The notes: a model not told the origin generated them from the sequence alone. Positions 1-9,783 are shown, counted from the first letter of the stretch. The stretch: DNA of 64,000 bases from Limnochordia bacterium (GCA_050951545.1 JBMNJG010000012.1:256001-320000); one strand, 5' to 3'. Numbers and translations are program-made.

Positions 1-142
1 CTTGCATGAGAGGACTTGTTCGATGAGTCAACGCTGAAGTGGTGATGCCAAGTGTCTGAGCGATATCGCAGCGCAGCATGGGTGCATGAATGAGAAGCAA
101 GCTTAGCAGCCTATTCTGCGATCTAATCAGATCTCGCACCAT
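1..142 (-). CDS. N-terminal part of a probable ROK-family (winged-HTH) transcriptional regulator, truncated by the window edge
   Basis: Not in the ORF track; manual translation from ATG at 142 (GGAGG upstream) gives MVRDLIRSQNRLLSLLLIHAPMLRCDIAQTLGITTSALTHRTSPLMQ, resembling the 'PMSRADIA..LGLT.S.VT' HTH pattern. Confidence 0.55.
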   Translation of the reverse strand, partial: MVRDLIRSQNRLLSLLLIHAPMLRCDIAQTLGITTSALTHRTSPLMQ

Positions 143-212
143 AGCGCCTCCCACTCCCACTACGCACTGATCATTCCTCAAAGCGAAGCAGAGCCATTGG
201 TTGAATGAGCTC

Positions 213-251
213 ACTTAATTAAGTACTAAGGCCAGCGTCGCTGCAAGTCAA
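213..251 (-). promoter_or_regulatory. Putative sigma-A promoter overlapped by the palindrome ACTTAATTAAGT (candidate operator)
   Basis: TTGACT (251-246), 17 nt, TAGTAC; perfect 12-bp palindrome at 213-224. Confidence 0.45.
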
Positions 252-288
252 TACCGCGCGGAAATCCGTGGTCCTTGTTTTTCACTGG

Positions 289-1464
289 TTACCATAGGTG
301 TTGGGAAAACCAGGCAATAGCGGCTTGCTGAAGTTCCGCGTCATAGCAGTGAGGCTTTTTGACATAAAGATGCTTGAAACGCTCCGGACAGCCGGCCCAT
401 TGGTATCCAGCGCGAATCTGCCTGGCCGCCTCCAGCTGCCCTTCAGGAGGAAAAAGAGGATCCTCACTGCCACTGATAACCATGCTGGCGCAAGGAACTG
501 ACATCGCCGTAAGGTCGGGCACATCCAAGCGATTCCACACCCCAGGGAGAAGGCAGAAGACGCCAATGGCACCGCTAAGGTTGTAGACTTGCTGGTAATC
601 ACCCGTAGTCATCCACATGCCGCTTACCGCAGCTTTCACTCGCGTATCCAAAGCCGCCAAGATATTTGTTCGCCAACCGCCCCCGGACAAACCCGTGCAG
701 CCGATACGTTCCGGATCTACTTCCGGACGTGTGAGAAGGTAGTCGATGCAACGCCGATCATCCCAGTAGTTAACACCCATCCATGTGGTCCCCGCCCAGT
801 TAAGCTGTCTTACACCAAGGTACAGCTGCCTTGTGGTGGCTTCATGGATGGCAGCAAACTCATTAGCATCTAAGCTGAATGGGTCATACGCCTCCGGAAT
901 TCCCGGCAGACCGCGGGGAGCTCGTTCTCCGAAATGGTGGGCATCGATGACCATCACTGCAAAACCCGCCTTGGCAAACTCCTCAGCCAAGTAGTTGCCG
1001 CTGTAGACCTTTGCCCGATGCGCTTGCAGGGCTGGATGATCGCGACCCGTATTGACAATGCGTTCCTTGCCGAAGAGCATCGGTCCACCCCAAGCGTGGA
1101 AGACAACCAAAGCAGGAAGAGGTAGTGCTACCGTCATGGGGTACAGAAAATAACCATTTACCCGGAACCAAGGCGTGGTGTTGAAGGCGATCTTCTCAAT
1201 GATAAGACCGTTTCGCTTTTCCCGTGTGATAGTCTCTGCCTGCAGATCCAGCAAACCAGGATCATAGTGGAGCGCTGCCTCAAGGCACTCTCGCGCTTTG
1301 GCTTGCCACATTTCGAACGGGGTGCTTGGGTTGTGCTGGCGAAACTGCTCGGCGTTCAGATCAAGTGGTCGGTGATCCCGCAGTTGCTGTAAGTTTTTCT
1401 CAAGGCTACCGTACAGATTCAATGGTTGACGCTCAATCTGTAGATCACTATGCAGTGGACGCAT
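289..1464 (-). CDS. Alpha/beta hydrolase (dienelactone hydrolase / acetylxylan esterase-like)
   Basis: Nucleophile elbow GLSGGG, DYLLTRPEVDPERIGCTG, C-terminal Asp (EDPLFP) and His (PHCY). Confidence 0.85.
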   Translation of the reverse strand: MRPLHSDLQIERQPLNLYGSLEKNLQQLRDHRPLDLNAEQFRQHNPSTPFEMWQAKARECLEAALHYDPGLLDLQAETITREKRNGLIIEKIAFNTTPWFRVNGYFLYPMTVALPLPALVVFHAWGGPMLFGKERIVNTGRDHPALQAHRAKVYSGNYLAEEFAKAGFAVMVIDAHHFGERAPRGLPGIPEAYDPFSLDANEFAAIHEATTRQLYLGVRQLNWAGTTWMGVNYWDDRRCIDYLLTRPEVDPERIGCTGLSGGGWRTNILAALDTRVKAAVSGMWMTTGDYQQVYNLSGAIGVFCLLPGVWNRLDVPDLTAMSVPCASMVISGSEDPLFPPEGQLEAARQIRAGYQWAGCPERFKHLYVKKPHCYDAELQQAAIAWFSQHLW

Positions 1465-1569
1465 GGCGAACCTCCACAGAGAATCGTGTTACGCGAACAC
1501 CTGCCTCGGCCGCCTCGACTCGCGCGAGTGGTTGGCCGCCGTTACGTGTACTGCGTAGATTAGGTCGCC

Positions 1570-2607
1570 CTAATCCTGAAATTTGCTCGAGCTAGCCAAG
1601 AAACGCCAGAGTTCATCTTCAGGCAACTGGGGGAGCAATTGGGTTTCCGCGTTGGGAAGCACGAGTAAACTCGGCTGCTCGCCCACCTCGCCAATCACGA
1701 AAGCGGGCACACCAGCGTTGACCAAATGCTCGACAAGGCCACCTCCATCGGGACAGGTAATGAGCATCGTCCCCGAGGAAATGAGTCCTAAGGGGTCTAG
1801 TTCGAGACAATCGCAGATGAAAGCTGTCTCGGGGCGAATCGGCACTTTGGCTGCCTCGATGCGAAAGCCTACACGAGAGGCCTTCCCGATCTCATAGAGC
1901 GCTCCGTACAGCCCACCCTCAGTTACATCGTGCATGGCACTTACTCCGAACGAGGCAGCAGCCACTCCCTCGTTCACCGCACTTATTTCCTCGGCGAAGG
2001 CCTTTGCCCGGCACAGCAAAGCCTCCAGGGTGTCGGTCTCAGCTTCTAGATGCTTCTTGATGGCGGCTCGCCTGATCGTATCAGCCCATTCCGCTGCCAG
2101 AATGGCCGTGCCCTCGATTCCTACGCCCTTCGTAACAACCACCGCATCGCCAGGCCTGGCTCCAGCGGAGGTCACATAACGATTCTTTGGCGCACGCCCA
2201 ACGGCTGTGGTGACCACCAGCGGAGCTGTCACTCGGGAGGTTATCTCCGTGTGTCCCCCCAACACCTCAATCCCTAGCTCTGCGCAGGCGCACTCCACCC
2301 CATCCATCAGCTCGATGATAGAGGAGTCCTCAGTGCCTTCAGGTAGCAAGAGAACTACCTGCACACCAATCGGGTGACCACCGTTGGCGGCTATGTCGTT
2401 GCATGAGACGTGAACAGCTAGCCTACCCGCTCCTCTACCCACACCAGTGATGGGGTCCGTGGACAGCAGACAGACCTCGTCACCAAAGTCGATAACGGCT
2501 GAGTCCTCGCCTAGGCCAGCCGGGACCAACACATCACTGCGTCGATGCGCAAAACGACCGAGAACCAAACGCTCGAGTTGCTTCGGAGCAAGCTTTCCTG
2601 CCTTCAT
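1570..2607 (-). CDS. AIR synthase-related (PurM/HypE/ThiL-like) protein
   Basis: GEDSAV, STDPITG, NDIAANG, GGHTE, AMHDVTEGGL motifs. Confidence 0.85.
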   Translation of the reverse strand: MKAGKLAPKQLERLVLGRFAHRRSDVLVPAGLGEDSAVIDFGDEVCLLSTDPITGVGRGAGRLAVHVSCNDIAANGGHPIGVQVVLLLPEGTEDSSIIELMDGVECACAELGIEVLGGHTEITSRVTAPLVVTTAVGRAPKNRYVTSAGARPGDAVVVTKGVGIEGTAILAAEWADTIRRAAIKKHLEAETDTLEALLCRAKAFAEEISAVNEGVAAASFGVSAMHDVTEGGLYGALYEIGKASRVGFRIEAAKVPIRPETAFICDCLELDPLGLISSGTMLITCPDGGGLVEHLVNAGVPAFVIGEVGEQPSLLVLPNAETQLLPQLPEDELWRFLASSSKFQD

Positions 2608-2631
2608 TGGGTCAAACCCTCCACGTTCTCA

Positions 2632-3417
2632 TCATGCCTCGCAGTTGCCGTAGACATCTGCCCTGCGTGCTGGCCACGCTGGTAGGCGGCTGCGTACAGT
2701 CTCTATGGTATCAAGATCAAGGTCAACAGTCACTACGCCAGGCTGGTCATCTAGCGCGTCACACACCTGACCCCACGGGTCCACAACACAGGAGTGTCCG
2801 AAAAACTCCTGCTTGCCTGAGCTCCCGACTATGTTGGCAGCCACCATGTACAACTGGTTTTCGATAGCCCGAGCTCGCAAGAGGGTGATCCAGTGATCCT
2901 GACGCGGATGGGGAAACTGCGCTGGCACCAAAAGCACCCGCGCGCCCAGAAGCGCCAAGCGCCGGGCGAGCTCAGGGAAGCGCAGGTCAAAACAGATCAT
3001 GCCGCCAATGCGACACCATGGGGTATCGACAGTGAGCGGGAGGCTCCCAGCTGTGATATATGCGTGCTCTTCAATAAGGGGGAAAAGATGGATCTTCTGA
3101 TAGCGTCCTGCGACCTCGCCTTTCGGTGACACATAAAACAGAGTGTTGAACACGCGGTCGTCTGAGATCTCAGGGATGCTTGACAAGACCCATGCTCCCG
3201 CTTCTTTGGCAGCATCACGAAGGAAATCCAGCGTAGGCAGGAAAGCATCACGAGCGACATCACGTATGCGAGGCGAGAAGCCCGTGCTCCACATCTCTGG
3301 GAGAAGGATTGTCTGTGAATGACGGCGCGCGGCCTCCTGTAGTCCTACGTAGGCCTTGTCCCAGTTGCCACGCACATCCTCTGGCTGCACATTCATCTGC
3401 ACAATACTCACTCGCAT
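2632..3417 (-). CDS. Carbon-nitrogen hydrolase family protein (omega-amidase-like)
   Basis: E-K-C triad motifs LPEMW, YQKIHLF, ICFDLRFPE; RARAIENQ. Confidence 0.9.
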   Translation of the reverse strand: MRVSIVQMNVQPEDVRGNWDKAYVGLQEAARRHSQTILLPEMWSTGFSPRIRDVARDAFLPTLDFLRDAAKEAGAWVLSSIPEISDDRVFNTLFYVSPKGEVAGRYQKIHLFPLIEEHAYITAGSLPLTVDTPWCRIGGMICFDLRFPELARRLALLGARVLLVPAQFPHPRQDHWITLLRARAIENQLYMVAANIVGSSGKQEFFGHSCVVDPWGQVCDALDDQPGVVTVDLDLDTIETVRSRLPAWPARRADVYGNCEA

Positions 3418-3445
3418 GGACAGAGATAACCTCCCGCGATATCCG

Positions 3446-4852
3446 TCAGCTACCCACTACCTGCACTTGGAGCATATTAGTGCTACCTGGGACCCCAGTA
3501 CGCACACCAGCGGCGATGGCGACCGTATCGCCGGGGCTGACTAGCTGCCAAAGCAGGGCGGTCTCCAAAGCTACGTCAAGCATATGGTCGATATTGTCTG
3601 TACGTGGTACGACGAGCGGATGCACACCCCAGACTAAAGCGAGTTGTCGGGCCACGCCTTCATTCGGTGTCAGGGCGACAATGGGAGCTCGCGGACGATA
3701 CTTTGAGACCAGACGAGCCGTCGATCCCGACTGCGTGGAGCACAGGATCGCTGAGGCACTCACACTAGCCGCGGTGGCACACGTGGCTCGGGCTATCGCT
3801 TCGGCGACTGACACCTGCGCCTGTGGTAGCTCGTCAGAGTAATCGAGTGCTTCTTCGGTACGCTGGCTTATCCTATGCATGGTACTGACTGTTTCTACGG
3901 GGTACTTGCCAACTGCGGTTTCCCCTGAAAGCATAACCGCATCGCTACCATCGAAAATGGCATTAGCGACATCTGTCACCTCCGCCCTGGTAGGACGAGG
4001 ATTGCGCACCATAGAATCCAGCATCTGCGTGGCGGTGATCACAGGCTTTCCAGCGGCGTTGCACTTCTCGATAAGTAACTTCTGGACCAACGGTACCTCT
4101 TCGGGGGGCAACTCGATCCCTAGGTCGCCACGAGCCACCATGATGCCGTCGGCAGAGGCAATGATCTCATCAATATTGCGGACACCCTCTTCGCTCTCCA
4201 CCTTAGCGATGACTTGCATCTCACTACCGCAACTCGCGATGGCCTCCTTCACCACCTGAACATGGTCGGAACGCCTGACGAATGAGGCGGCCACGAAATC
4301 ACAGGCATGCTCTGCACCAAAACGAATATGCTCGAGGTCGCGTTCGCCTAAGGGCGGCAGGTCCACCGCGACTCCCGGTAGGGTCATGCCTTTGCGTGCT
4401 TTGAGTTCACCGCCAGTTGTCACGACACACGTGACAGAAGAGCCAGTGACAGACTCTACGCGCAGCTCAAGCAGCCCATCATCTAGGAATATTATGCTGC
4501 CGGGCTTCACATCCAGGGGCAGACTGGGATAGGCGACATAGATAGACTCGCCGTCTGCGGCTCTTGGGTCTACGCTAAAGCTCAGACGTTCCCCCTTGGC
4601 GACCATGCGTCTTCCAGGAGGAACTTCTCCGATCCGTATTTTCGGCCCCTGTACATCGAGCAGGATGCCGATAGACCGTCTGGCGCGGGCCTCCGCTTCG
4701 CGAATATTGCCAATCCGGGCGGCATGCTCTTCTAGCGTACCATGAGAGCAGTTGAGTCGCGCTACATCCATGCCAGCTGCGATAAGTGCCTCAATTTGCT
4801 CAAGCGCTTCAGTGGCTGGCCCGATAGTGCAGACAATCTTGGTTCTACGCAA
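3446..4852 (-). CDS. pyk: Pyruvate kinase
   Basis: RRTKIVCTIGP, MVARGDLG, TQMLDSM, PTRAE; start moved to TTG at 4852; no C-terminal PEP-utiliser extension. Confidence 0.97.
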   Translation of the reverse strand: MRRTKIVCTIGPATEALEQIEALIAAGMDVARLNCSHGTLEEHAARIGNIREAEARARRSIGILLDVQGPKIRIGEVPPGRRMVAKGERLSFSVDPRAADGESIYVAYPSLPLDVKPGSIIFLDDGLLELRVESVTGSSVTCVVTTGGELKARKGMTLPGVAVDLPPLGERDLEHIRFGAEHACDFVAASFVRRSDHVQVVKEAIASCGSEMQVIAKVESEEGVRNIDEIIASADGIMVARGDLGIELPPEEVPLVQKLLIEKCNAAGKPVITATQMLDSMVRNPRPTRAEVTDVANAIFDGSDAVMLSGETAVGKYPVETVSTMHRISQRTEEALDYSDELPQAQVSVAEAIARATCATAASVSASAILCSTQSGSTARLVSKYRPRAPIVALTPNEGVARQLALVWGVHPLVVPRTDNIDHMLDVALETALLWQLVSPGDTVAIAAGVRTGVPGSTNMLQVQVVGS

Positions 4853-4927
4853 GCCTCTCGCACCCTTTCTCTCTGAGATCTCTCGGCGTGGCCTCATCGA
4901 AACGTGGGCCCGCGGTCAGTGAGGTGG

Positions 4928-5935
4928 TCAAATGGAGGACAAGACATGAGCCAGACGATACAGTTCAGGGTCGATGCTTTTGTGCATAGCCAGAGCCTCG
5001 TCAATGGCAAAGGTGCGTACCTGACCCTTGACGAGTCCGACAACCTGGCCCCCCTGCCCTGCCTTCAAGAGGCTGACCGCTGCATGTCCCAAACGGGAAG
5101 CGACGATCTGGTCGAGAGCCGAAGGGCTCCCACCTCTTTGCAGATGGCCTAGAATGGTGATCCGCGTCTCAAGACCCGTTTTCTCCATGATGTAGTTTCC
5201 GACACTCATGGCAGCGGAGTCTCGGTGATTCCCGCCTGCCTTGAAATTGCCTCCGACCCCCTCCGCTACCACCACGATGCTGTGCGCTTTTCCCACCCGA
5301 AAGGCAAAAGCAATCCGAGCACAGACTTCATCTAGATCCGTGGGCACTTCTGGGATCAAGATTGACTCAGCTCCACCTGCTAAGCCTGCATGCAAGGCAA
5401 TGTAGCCGGCGTTTCTGCCCATCACTTCCACAACGATGATTCGCTCATGCGAGGTTGCAGTATCCCGGATCTTGTTTATGGCGCCTACAACGGTGTTGAG
5501 TGCCGTATCGAAGCCGATGGCCTGGTCTGTACAGGCGATATCGTTATCAATGGTTGCTGGAATACCGATGGTGGGCACACCCGCATGCACGAGATCCCGG
5601 GCTCCCCGAAAGGAGCCATCGCCCCCGAGCACAACCAACCCATCGATGTCAAGACGTCTGAGCACTTCCAGTGCTTTTGCCAGCCCTTCGGGGGTCTTGA
5701 ACTCGTCACTGCGAGCACTGCGCAGGACAGTGCCCCCCCGATGGATGATATCCGCCACTGACCGGGAGGTAAGCTCTACGAGGGCTCCTTGTATTAGTCC
5801 CTGGTAACCTCTTTCAATGCCGAATACCTGAATTCCCTCAGACAACGCGCTACGCACAACAGCGCGAATGGCCGCGTTCATTCCGGGAGCATCTCCGCCG
5901 CTGGTAAGTACGCCAAGGCGAGCGGGTTTGGGCAT
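4928..5935 (-). CDS. pfkA: ATP-dependent 6-phosphofructokinase
   Basis: TSGGDAPGMN, GGDGS, TIDND, EVMGR, LGHLQRGG. Confidence 0.97.
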   Translation of the reverse strand: MPKPARLGVLTSGGDAPGMNAAIRAVVRSALSEGIQVFGIERGYQGLIQGALVELTSRSVADIIHRGGTVLRSARSDEFKTPEGLAKALEVLRRLDIDGLVVLGGDGSFRGARDLVHAGVPTIGIPATIDNDIACTDQAIGFDTALNTVVGAINKIRDTATSHERIIVVEVMGRNAGYIALHAGLAGGAESILIPEVPTDLDEVCARIAFAFRVGKAHSIVVVAEGVGGNFKAGGNHRDSAAMSVGNYIMEKTGLETRITILGHLQRGGSPSALDQIVASRLGHAAVSLLKAGQGGQVVGLVKGQVRTFAIDEALAMHKSIDPELYRLAHVLSSI

Positions 5936-6000
5936 GACATATCCCTCCTGCCGAAGACCTTCTGCAGATTGCTGGCTATAAGGGGGTCCGGTGCAAGAGC

Positions 6001-6978
6001 CTATGCTTGCAGCCCCTGAGGCTGTGTTTCGCCAATCTTTCTGTATCTTTCTAGTCGTTTGGCAATAAGCTGTGTGGATGGTATATGAGAAAGCTCAGCT
6101 ATATGCTGCAAAATGGCTGCTTTCATGGTTGCAGCGACTGCAGCGGGGTCGCGATGGGCTCCTCCCAAAGGTTCAGGCAGGACTTCGTCGATGACACCCA
6201 GTGTCAGCAGATCAGGCGCAGTGAGATGGAGCACCGCTGCCGCCTCTTCAGCGCGGGCGGTATCCTTCCATAGGATCTGCGCGCACATCTCGGGGGAAAT
6301 CACGGAGTACCAGGCGTTCTCAAGCATTAGTACCCTATCGCCCACGCCAATCGCCAGCGCTCCCCCGCTACCGCCTTCACCCGTGATAATGCAGACGATA
6401 GGCACCTGCAGGAAGGACATATGGCGGATGCACTCCGCAATCACTACCCCTTGGCCTCTCTCCTCAGCTTCAATGCCAGGATAAGCGCCGACCACGTCAA
6501 TAAGTGATATGATCGGTCGACCAAACTTCTCGGCTTGGCGCATCAGGCGCAGTGCCTTGCGATACCCTTCGGGGTGGGGCAGACCGAAGTTGCGTCGAAT
6601 GTTCTCCTTCGTGTCTCGGCCTTTGCCCTTCTGAGGCCCAAGGACAGTTACAGGACGGTCGTCAAGGTAAGCGATGCCACCTACTATGGCCGCGTCGTCA
6701 CGAACCGTGCGATCACCGTGTAACTCAACAAAACCCGTAAAAATGGCCTCAATGTAGTCAAGGGCGGTTGGGCGATCCTTGTGTCGGGCCATCTGAACTC
6801 GTTGCCAGGGGGTGACATTCGCATAGATCTCTCGGCGTAAACTATCAGCCTTACGCTCCAAGGTCAGAATTTCCTCCGAAAAATCGATACCTTTTTCCTT
6901 GGTAAAGCTTTGCAGCTCTCCAATGCGCTGCTCAAGTTCAACGAGTGGCTTCTCCCACTCGAAGACGCTATTGACCAC
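6001..6978 (-). CDS. accA: Acetyl-CoA carboxylase carboxyltransferase alpha subunit
   Basis: ELHGDR, PEGYRKALR, GEGGSGGALA, YSVISPE. Confidence 0.96.
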   Translation of the reverse strand: MVNSVFEWEKPLVELEQRIGELQSFTKEKGIDFSEEILTLERKADSLRREIYANVTPWQRVQMARHKDRPTALDYIEAIFTGFVELHGDRTVRDDAAIVGGIAYLDDRPVTVLGPQKGKGRDTKENIRRNFGLPHPEGYRKALRLMRQAEKFGRPIISLIDVVGAYPGIEAEERGQGVVIAECIRHMSFLQVPIVCIITGEGGSGGALAIGVGDRVLMLENAWYSVISPEMCAQILWKDTARAEEAAAVLHLTAPDLLTLGVIDEVLPEPLGGAHRDPAAVAATMKAAILQHIAELSHIPSTQLIAKRLERYRKIGETQPQGLQA

Positions 6979-6983
6979 TTAGC

Positions 6984-7184
6984 TCACCTACCCATGAGGG
7001 CGCTCCCCAGTAACTGGCACGCTTCGTCAAGCTCTGCTTCAGGCACGAGGATCTCATAGTGACGGATCTCGCCGTGTTTTCGTCTTATAGGCCGTGAGCG
7101 AGCAAGTATCCCACTTTTGCTTAGCTCATCCAGGATATGCTCAACCACTGTACTTGACGGGGTTACGTAGACAACAACCCACAC
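6984..7184 (-). CDS. Small conserved protein, 66 aa, DUF2007/PII-like (MWVVVYV...YEILVPEAELDEA)
   Basis: Start moved to GTG at 7184 behind AAGGAGG; W-x-V-V-Y N-terminus and EILVPE.E..EA C-terminus match a small family commonly seen before acc genes in Clostridia. Confidence 0.7.
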   Translation of the reverse strand: MWVVVYVTPSSTVVEHILDELSKSGILARSRPIRRKHGEIRHYEILVPEAELDEACQLLGSALMGR

Positions 7185-7221
7185 GTGACGGACCTCCTTG
7201 AACTTAGTACCGAGAAAGCCC

Positions 7222-7479
7222 CTAATGAAAAATGGTCTCGGCACGCTGTAGTATCGCCCCTATGTCAGCAATCTTTGCGGGGAGTAAGGTCCTAAGCGTA
7301 GTGAGAGAAGATGTCTGCCACCATGTGCGACTCCACAAAAGCAAACGTTGACGCGACAAAGTGACCGCGACGGCCCCTACCATGTAGACAAAACACGTGG
7401 CGGCCTTTATACGTTGTCGGTTTAGCAGGAGATATGCCAAGACCGCTATCTCATAGATTCTGTCTGAAAGTCGTCGCAC
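7222..7479 (-). CDS. Hypothetical 85-aa protein with hydrophobic segments and a WSRTWW patch
   Basis: AGGGGG RBS before GTG at 7479; fills the gap between mtrB and the next gene; no family recognised. Confidence 0.35.
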   Translation of the reverse strand: MRRLSDRIYEIAVLAYLLLNRQRIKAATCFVYMVGAVAVTLSRQRLLLWSRTWWQTSSLTTLRTLLPAKIADIGAILQRAETIFH

Positions 7480-7503
7480 GAGGTACCCCCTGTCGGGCAG
7501 GAC

Positions 7504-7731
7504 TCAGTCACCAGATTCGGTTTCGCCATGCTTTGTCCACACATGTGCCCTGCCGCGGATCTTGATCGCTGAGGTATGCTCAGTAAACTGAGCTATCAGT
7601 AATTCGCCCTTATCAAGCTTTTCGCTATGATGGAACTTGGTATCGCTGCCACGTGTCAATCCAATAATCGTGACGCCGTGTTCCAGAGCTTTGACCACAA
7701 TGAAATCAGCGCAGATAGGCTGGTTATCCAT
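7504..7731 (-). CDS. mtrB: Trp RNA-binding attenuation protein TRAP
   Basis: [39 protein letters not shown]. Confidence 0.97.
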   Translation of the reverse strand: MDNQPICADFIVVKALEHGVTIIGLTRGSDTKFHHSEKLDKGELLIAQFTEHTSAIKIRGRAHVWTKHGETESGD

Positions 7732-9046
7732 CTAGGCCCACTTCCTTTGGCTGTTGCAGTGCACTAAAAGTTGCTTCTCGACGCACTGAGCTGGATTCTT
7801 CTTCGCGCCTGATATCGGCTCCTAAACAGTGAAGTTTCTCGCTCAGACCCTCGTATCCTCTGTCAAGTATCTCCAAGCCAGAGATCCGAGTCTCACCCGC
7901 GGCGCCCAAGGCAGCGACAACCAAAGCAGCGCCAGCGCGCAGGTCCGTAGCCTCTACTGGAGCGCCTGATAGCTGCTCGACACCTCGCACAATGGCAGTG
8001 TCTCGTTCTACACGAATATCGGCCCCCATTCGTCGCAACTCATCGACGTAGCGAAACCGATCAAAGATCGTCTCTCGAATGACACTGGTGCCTTCGGCGG
8101 TTGACATTAGGGCGACAAACGGCTGCTGAAGATCCGTAGGAAAGCCCGGATACGGTGAAGTCTCCACATCGCAAGCTCTACATTTTCCGTCGGAACGAAC
8201 AATGACACTACTGTCATTTTCCCGAATCTCGACACCCGCTTCGATGAGCTTGAGGATTGGTGAGCGGAGGTGCTCAGGTACGATGTTGCTAACCGATACC
8301 TCTCCACCAGCTATCGCGGCACACATCAGGTAGGTGCCCGCCTCAACTCGGTCGCAGATGACACTATATTCAGCACCGTGGAGATTCTTGACCCCTTCCA
8401 CCCGAATGACATCTGTGCCTGCCCCTCGCACACGCGCCCCCATGCTGTTGAGAAAGATGGCCAGATCAACCACCTCTGGCTCTTTGGCAGCGTTCTCCAA
8501 GACAGTAACGCCTTCTGCTTTGACGGCGGCAAGCATCAGATTAATGGTAGTACCTACGCTGGAGCGACCGATGAAAATACTCGTGCCCTGTAAGCGTCTA
8601 GCGGAAGCTTTGACATACCCGTGTTCAATGGTTACCTCGGCCCCGAGTTGCTGAAACCCACGGATATGAAAATCGACCGGACGCGATCCTATGGCACATC
8701 CCCCAGGCAGTGGCACTTCGGCGCAACCAAGACGACCCAATAGCAGGCCCGCCATGTAAAACGACCCGCGTTCGCGTCGTACGAGGTCGTAGGGGGCTCG
8801 GTATTGCTGGATGCCAGCGCCACGAACCCGCATGCGCCCTTTGTCATCAATATATGCCTGAGCGCCTAGGCTTTGGAGAATGAGACAAATGGTCAAGACA
8901 GACGTATCGTGTGGCACGTTTTCGATGATGCTCTCTTCATCGCTCAGTGCCGCCGCAGCTAGAATGGGCATTGCACTGTTTTTGGAGCCACTAGCTGAGA
9001 TCTCCCCATGCAAGGGGTTTCCACCCCGGATAATGAGATGCGCCAT
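7724..9046 (-). CDS. murA: UDP-N-acetylglucosamine 1-carboxyvinyltransferase
   Basis: [37 protein letters not shown]. Confidence 0.96.
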   Translation of the reverse strand: MAHLIIRGGNPLHGEISASGSKNSAMPILAAAALSDEESIIENVPHDTSVLTICLILQSLGAQAYIDDKGRMRVRGAGIQQYRAPYDLVRRERGSFYMAGLLLGRLGCAEVPLPGGCAIGSRPVDFHIRGFQQLGAEVTIEHGYVKASARRLQGTSIFIGRSSVGTTINLMLAAVKAEGVTVLENAAKEPEVVDLAIFLNSMGARVRGAGTDVIRVEGVKNLHGAEYSVICDRVEAGTYLMCAAIAGGEVSVSNIVPEHLRSPILKLIEAGVEIRENDSSVIVRSDGKCRACDVETSPYPGFPTDLQQPFVALMSTAEGTSVIRETIFDRFRYVDELRRMGADIRVERDTAIVRGVEQLSGAPVEATDLRAGAALVVAALGAAGETRISGLEILDRGYEGLSEKLHCLGADIRREEESSSVRREATFSALQQPKEVGLDG

Positions 9047-9086
9047 TCAGTGACCTCCTAGATAGGGCCCCTTGCCGAGGCGTGAA

Positions 9087-9111
9087 GGCCCAGCAGGGTA
9101 CGTGCTGGGCC
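9087..9111. terminator. GC-rich hairpin, possible terminator
   Basis: GGCCCAGCA-N7-TGCTGGGCC; weak U-tract. Confidence 0.4.
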
Positions 9112-9160
9112 CTGTCAACTACACGCTTGCTTCCATATGGAGGGTCTCTTTCCTGCCAGG

Positions 9161-9610
9161 TTACTGTGAGAGGCCGGCGTGAATGGTATAGCTCCAGTTC
9201 ATCCCGGAATTGTTGTCCCAGTTTCCGGCTCCATCATGAAAGCATAGCTCCAAACGACCTCCGCTGGCTGCTCGGATTGAGCAGGTCCATACGGCGGGTG
9301 ACGACTCCGTCATAGGAATGTCACGGACTTTCTGCCAAGCTCCGGGACCTACTCCAGTGTGCAGAAAGACATGACGCACTCCAGATTTGGCTAACGAACC
9401 CGCGTACCAAACTTGGACTTCCTCTCCGGCCGTAATCGGTGTAGGAGTAACAAGCACACCGTCGCCTTTGAACGCGCTCTCCCTTGGGGGAGCTACGGCG
9501 TCAATGACGGCCGCTTGCGTACCTCTGCCTAGGCTGCCCGCCTCAAAGTCCAGCGACTGACGAGTCCGGTTCGCAAGTGCTTTACGCACCGCATCAGCCA
9601 AACTTCTCAC
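9161..9610 (-). CDS. Stand-alone starch/carbohydrate-binding module protein (CBM25/CBM53-like)
   Basis: PITAGEEVQVWYAG, VFLHTG...W, LELCFHDGAGNWDNNSGMNW. Confidence 0.8.
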   Translation of the reverse strand: MRSLADAVRKALANRTRQSLDFEAGSLGRGTQAAVIDAVAPPRESAFKGDGVLVTPTPITAGEEVQVWYAGSLAKSGVRHVFLHTGVGPGAWQKVRDIPMTESSPAVWTCSIRAASGGRLELCFHDGAGNWDNNSGMNWSYTIHAGLSQ

Positions 9611-9783
9611 GCTTTCACCCCCTTGCGGTAGTAGGCTTCCAAGACAGACCTACTTTTAGCCCAGGCAAGGGAAGTACGTGGCGGCACGAGTACCCATTAA
9701 GCGTAGCCACGTCCAGTCAGATAGCATGGTTTATGAAAACATAAACACAAAAGCCCACCGAGTATGGCAGGCTCATTTGTGTT

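Noticed and set aside
7185-7503. TRAP-binding (G/U)AG repeat tract near mtrB
   Set aside because: Only isolated triplets were found, not a run of about 9-11 repeats with 2-nt spacers.
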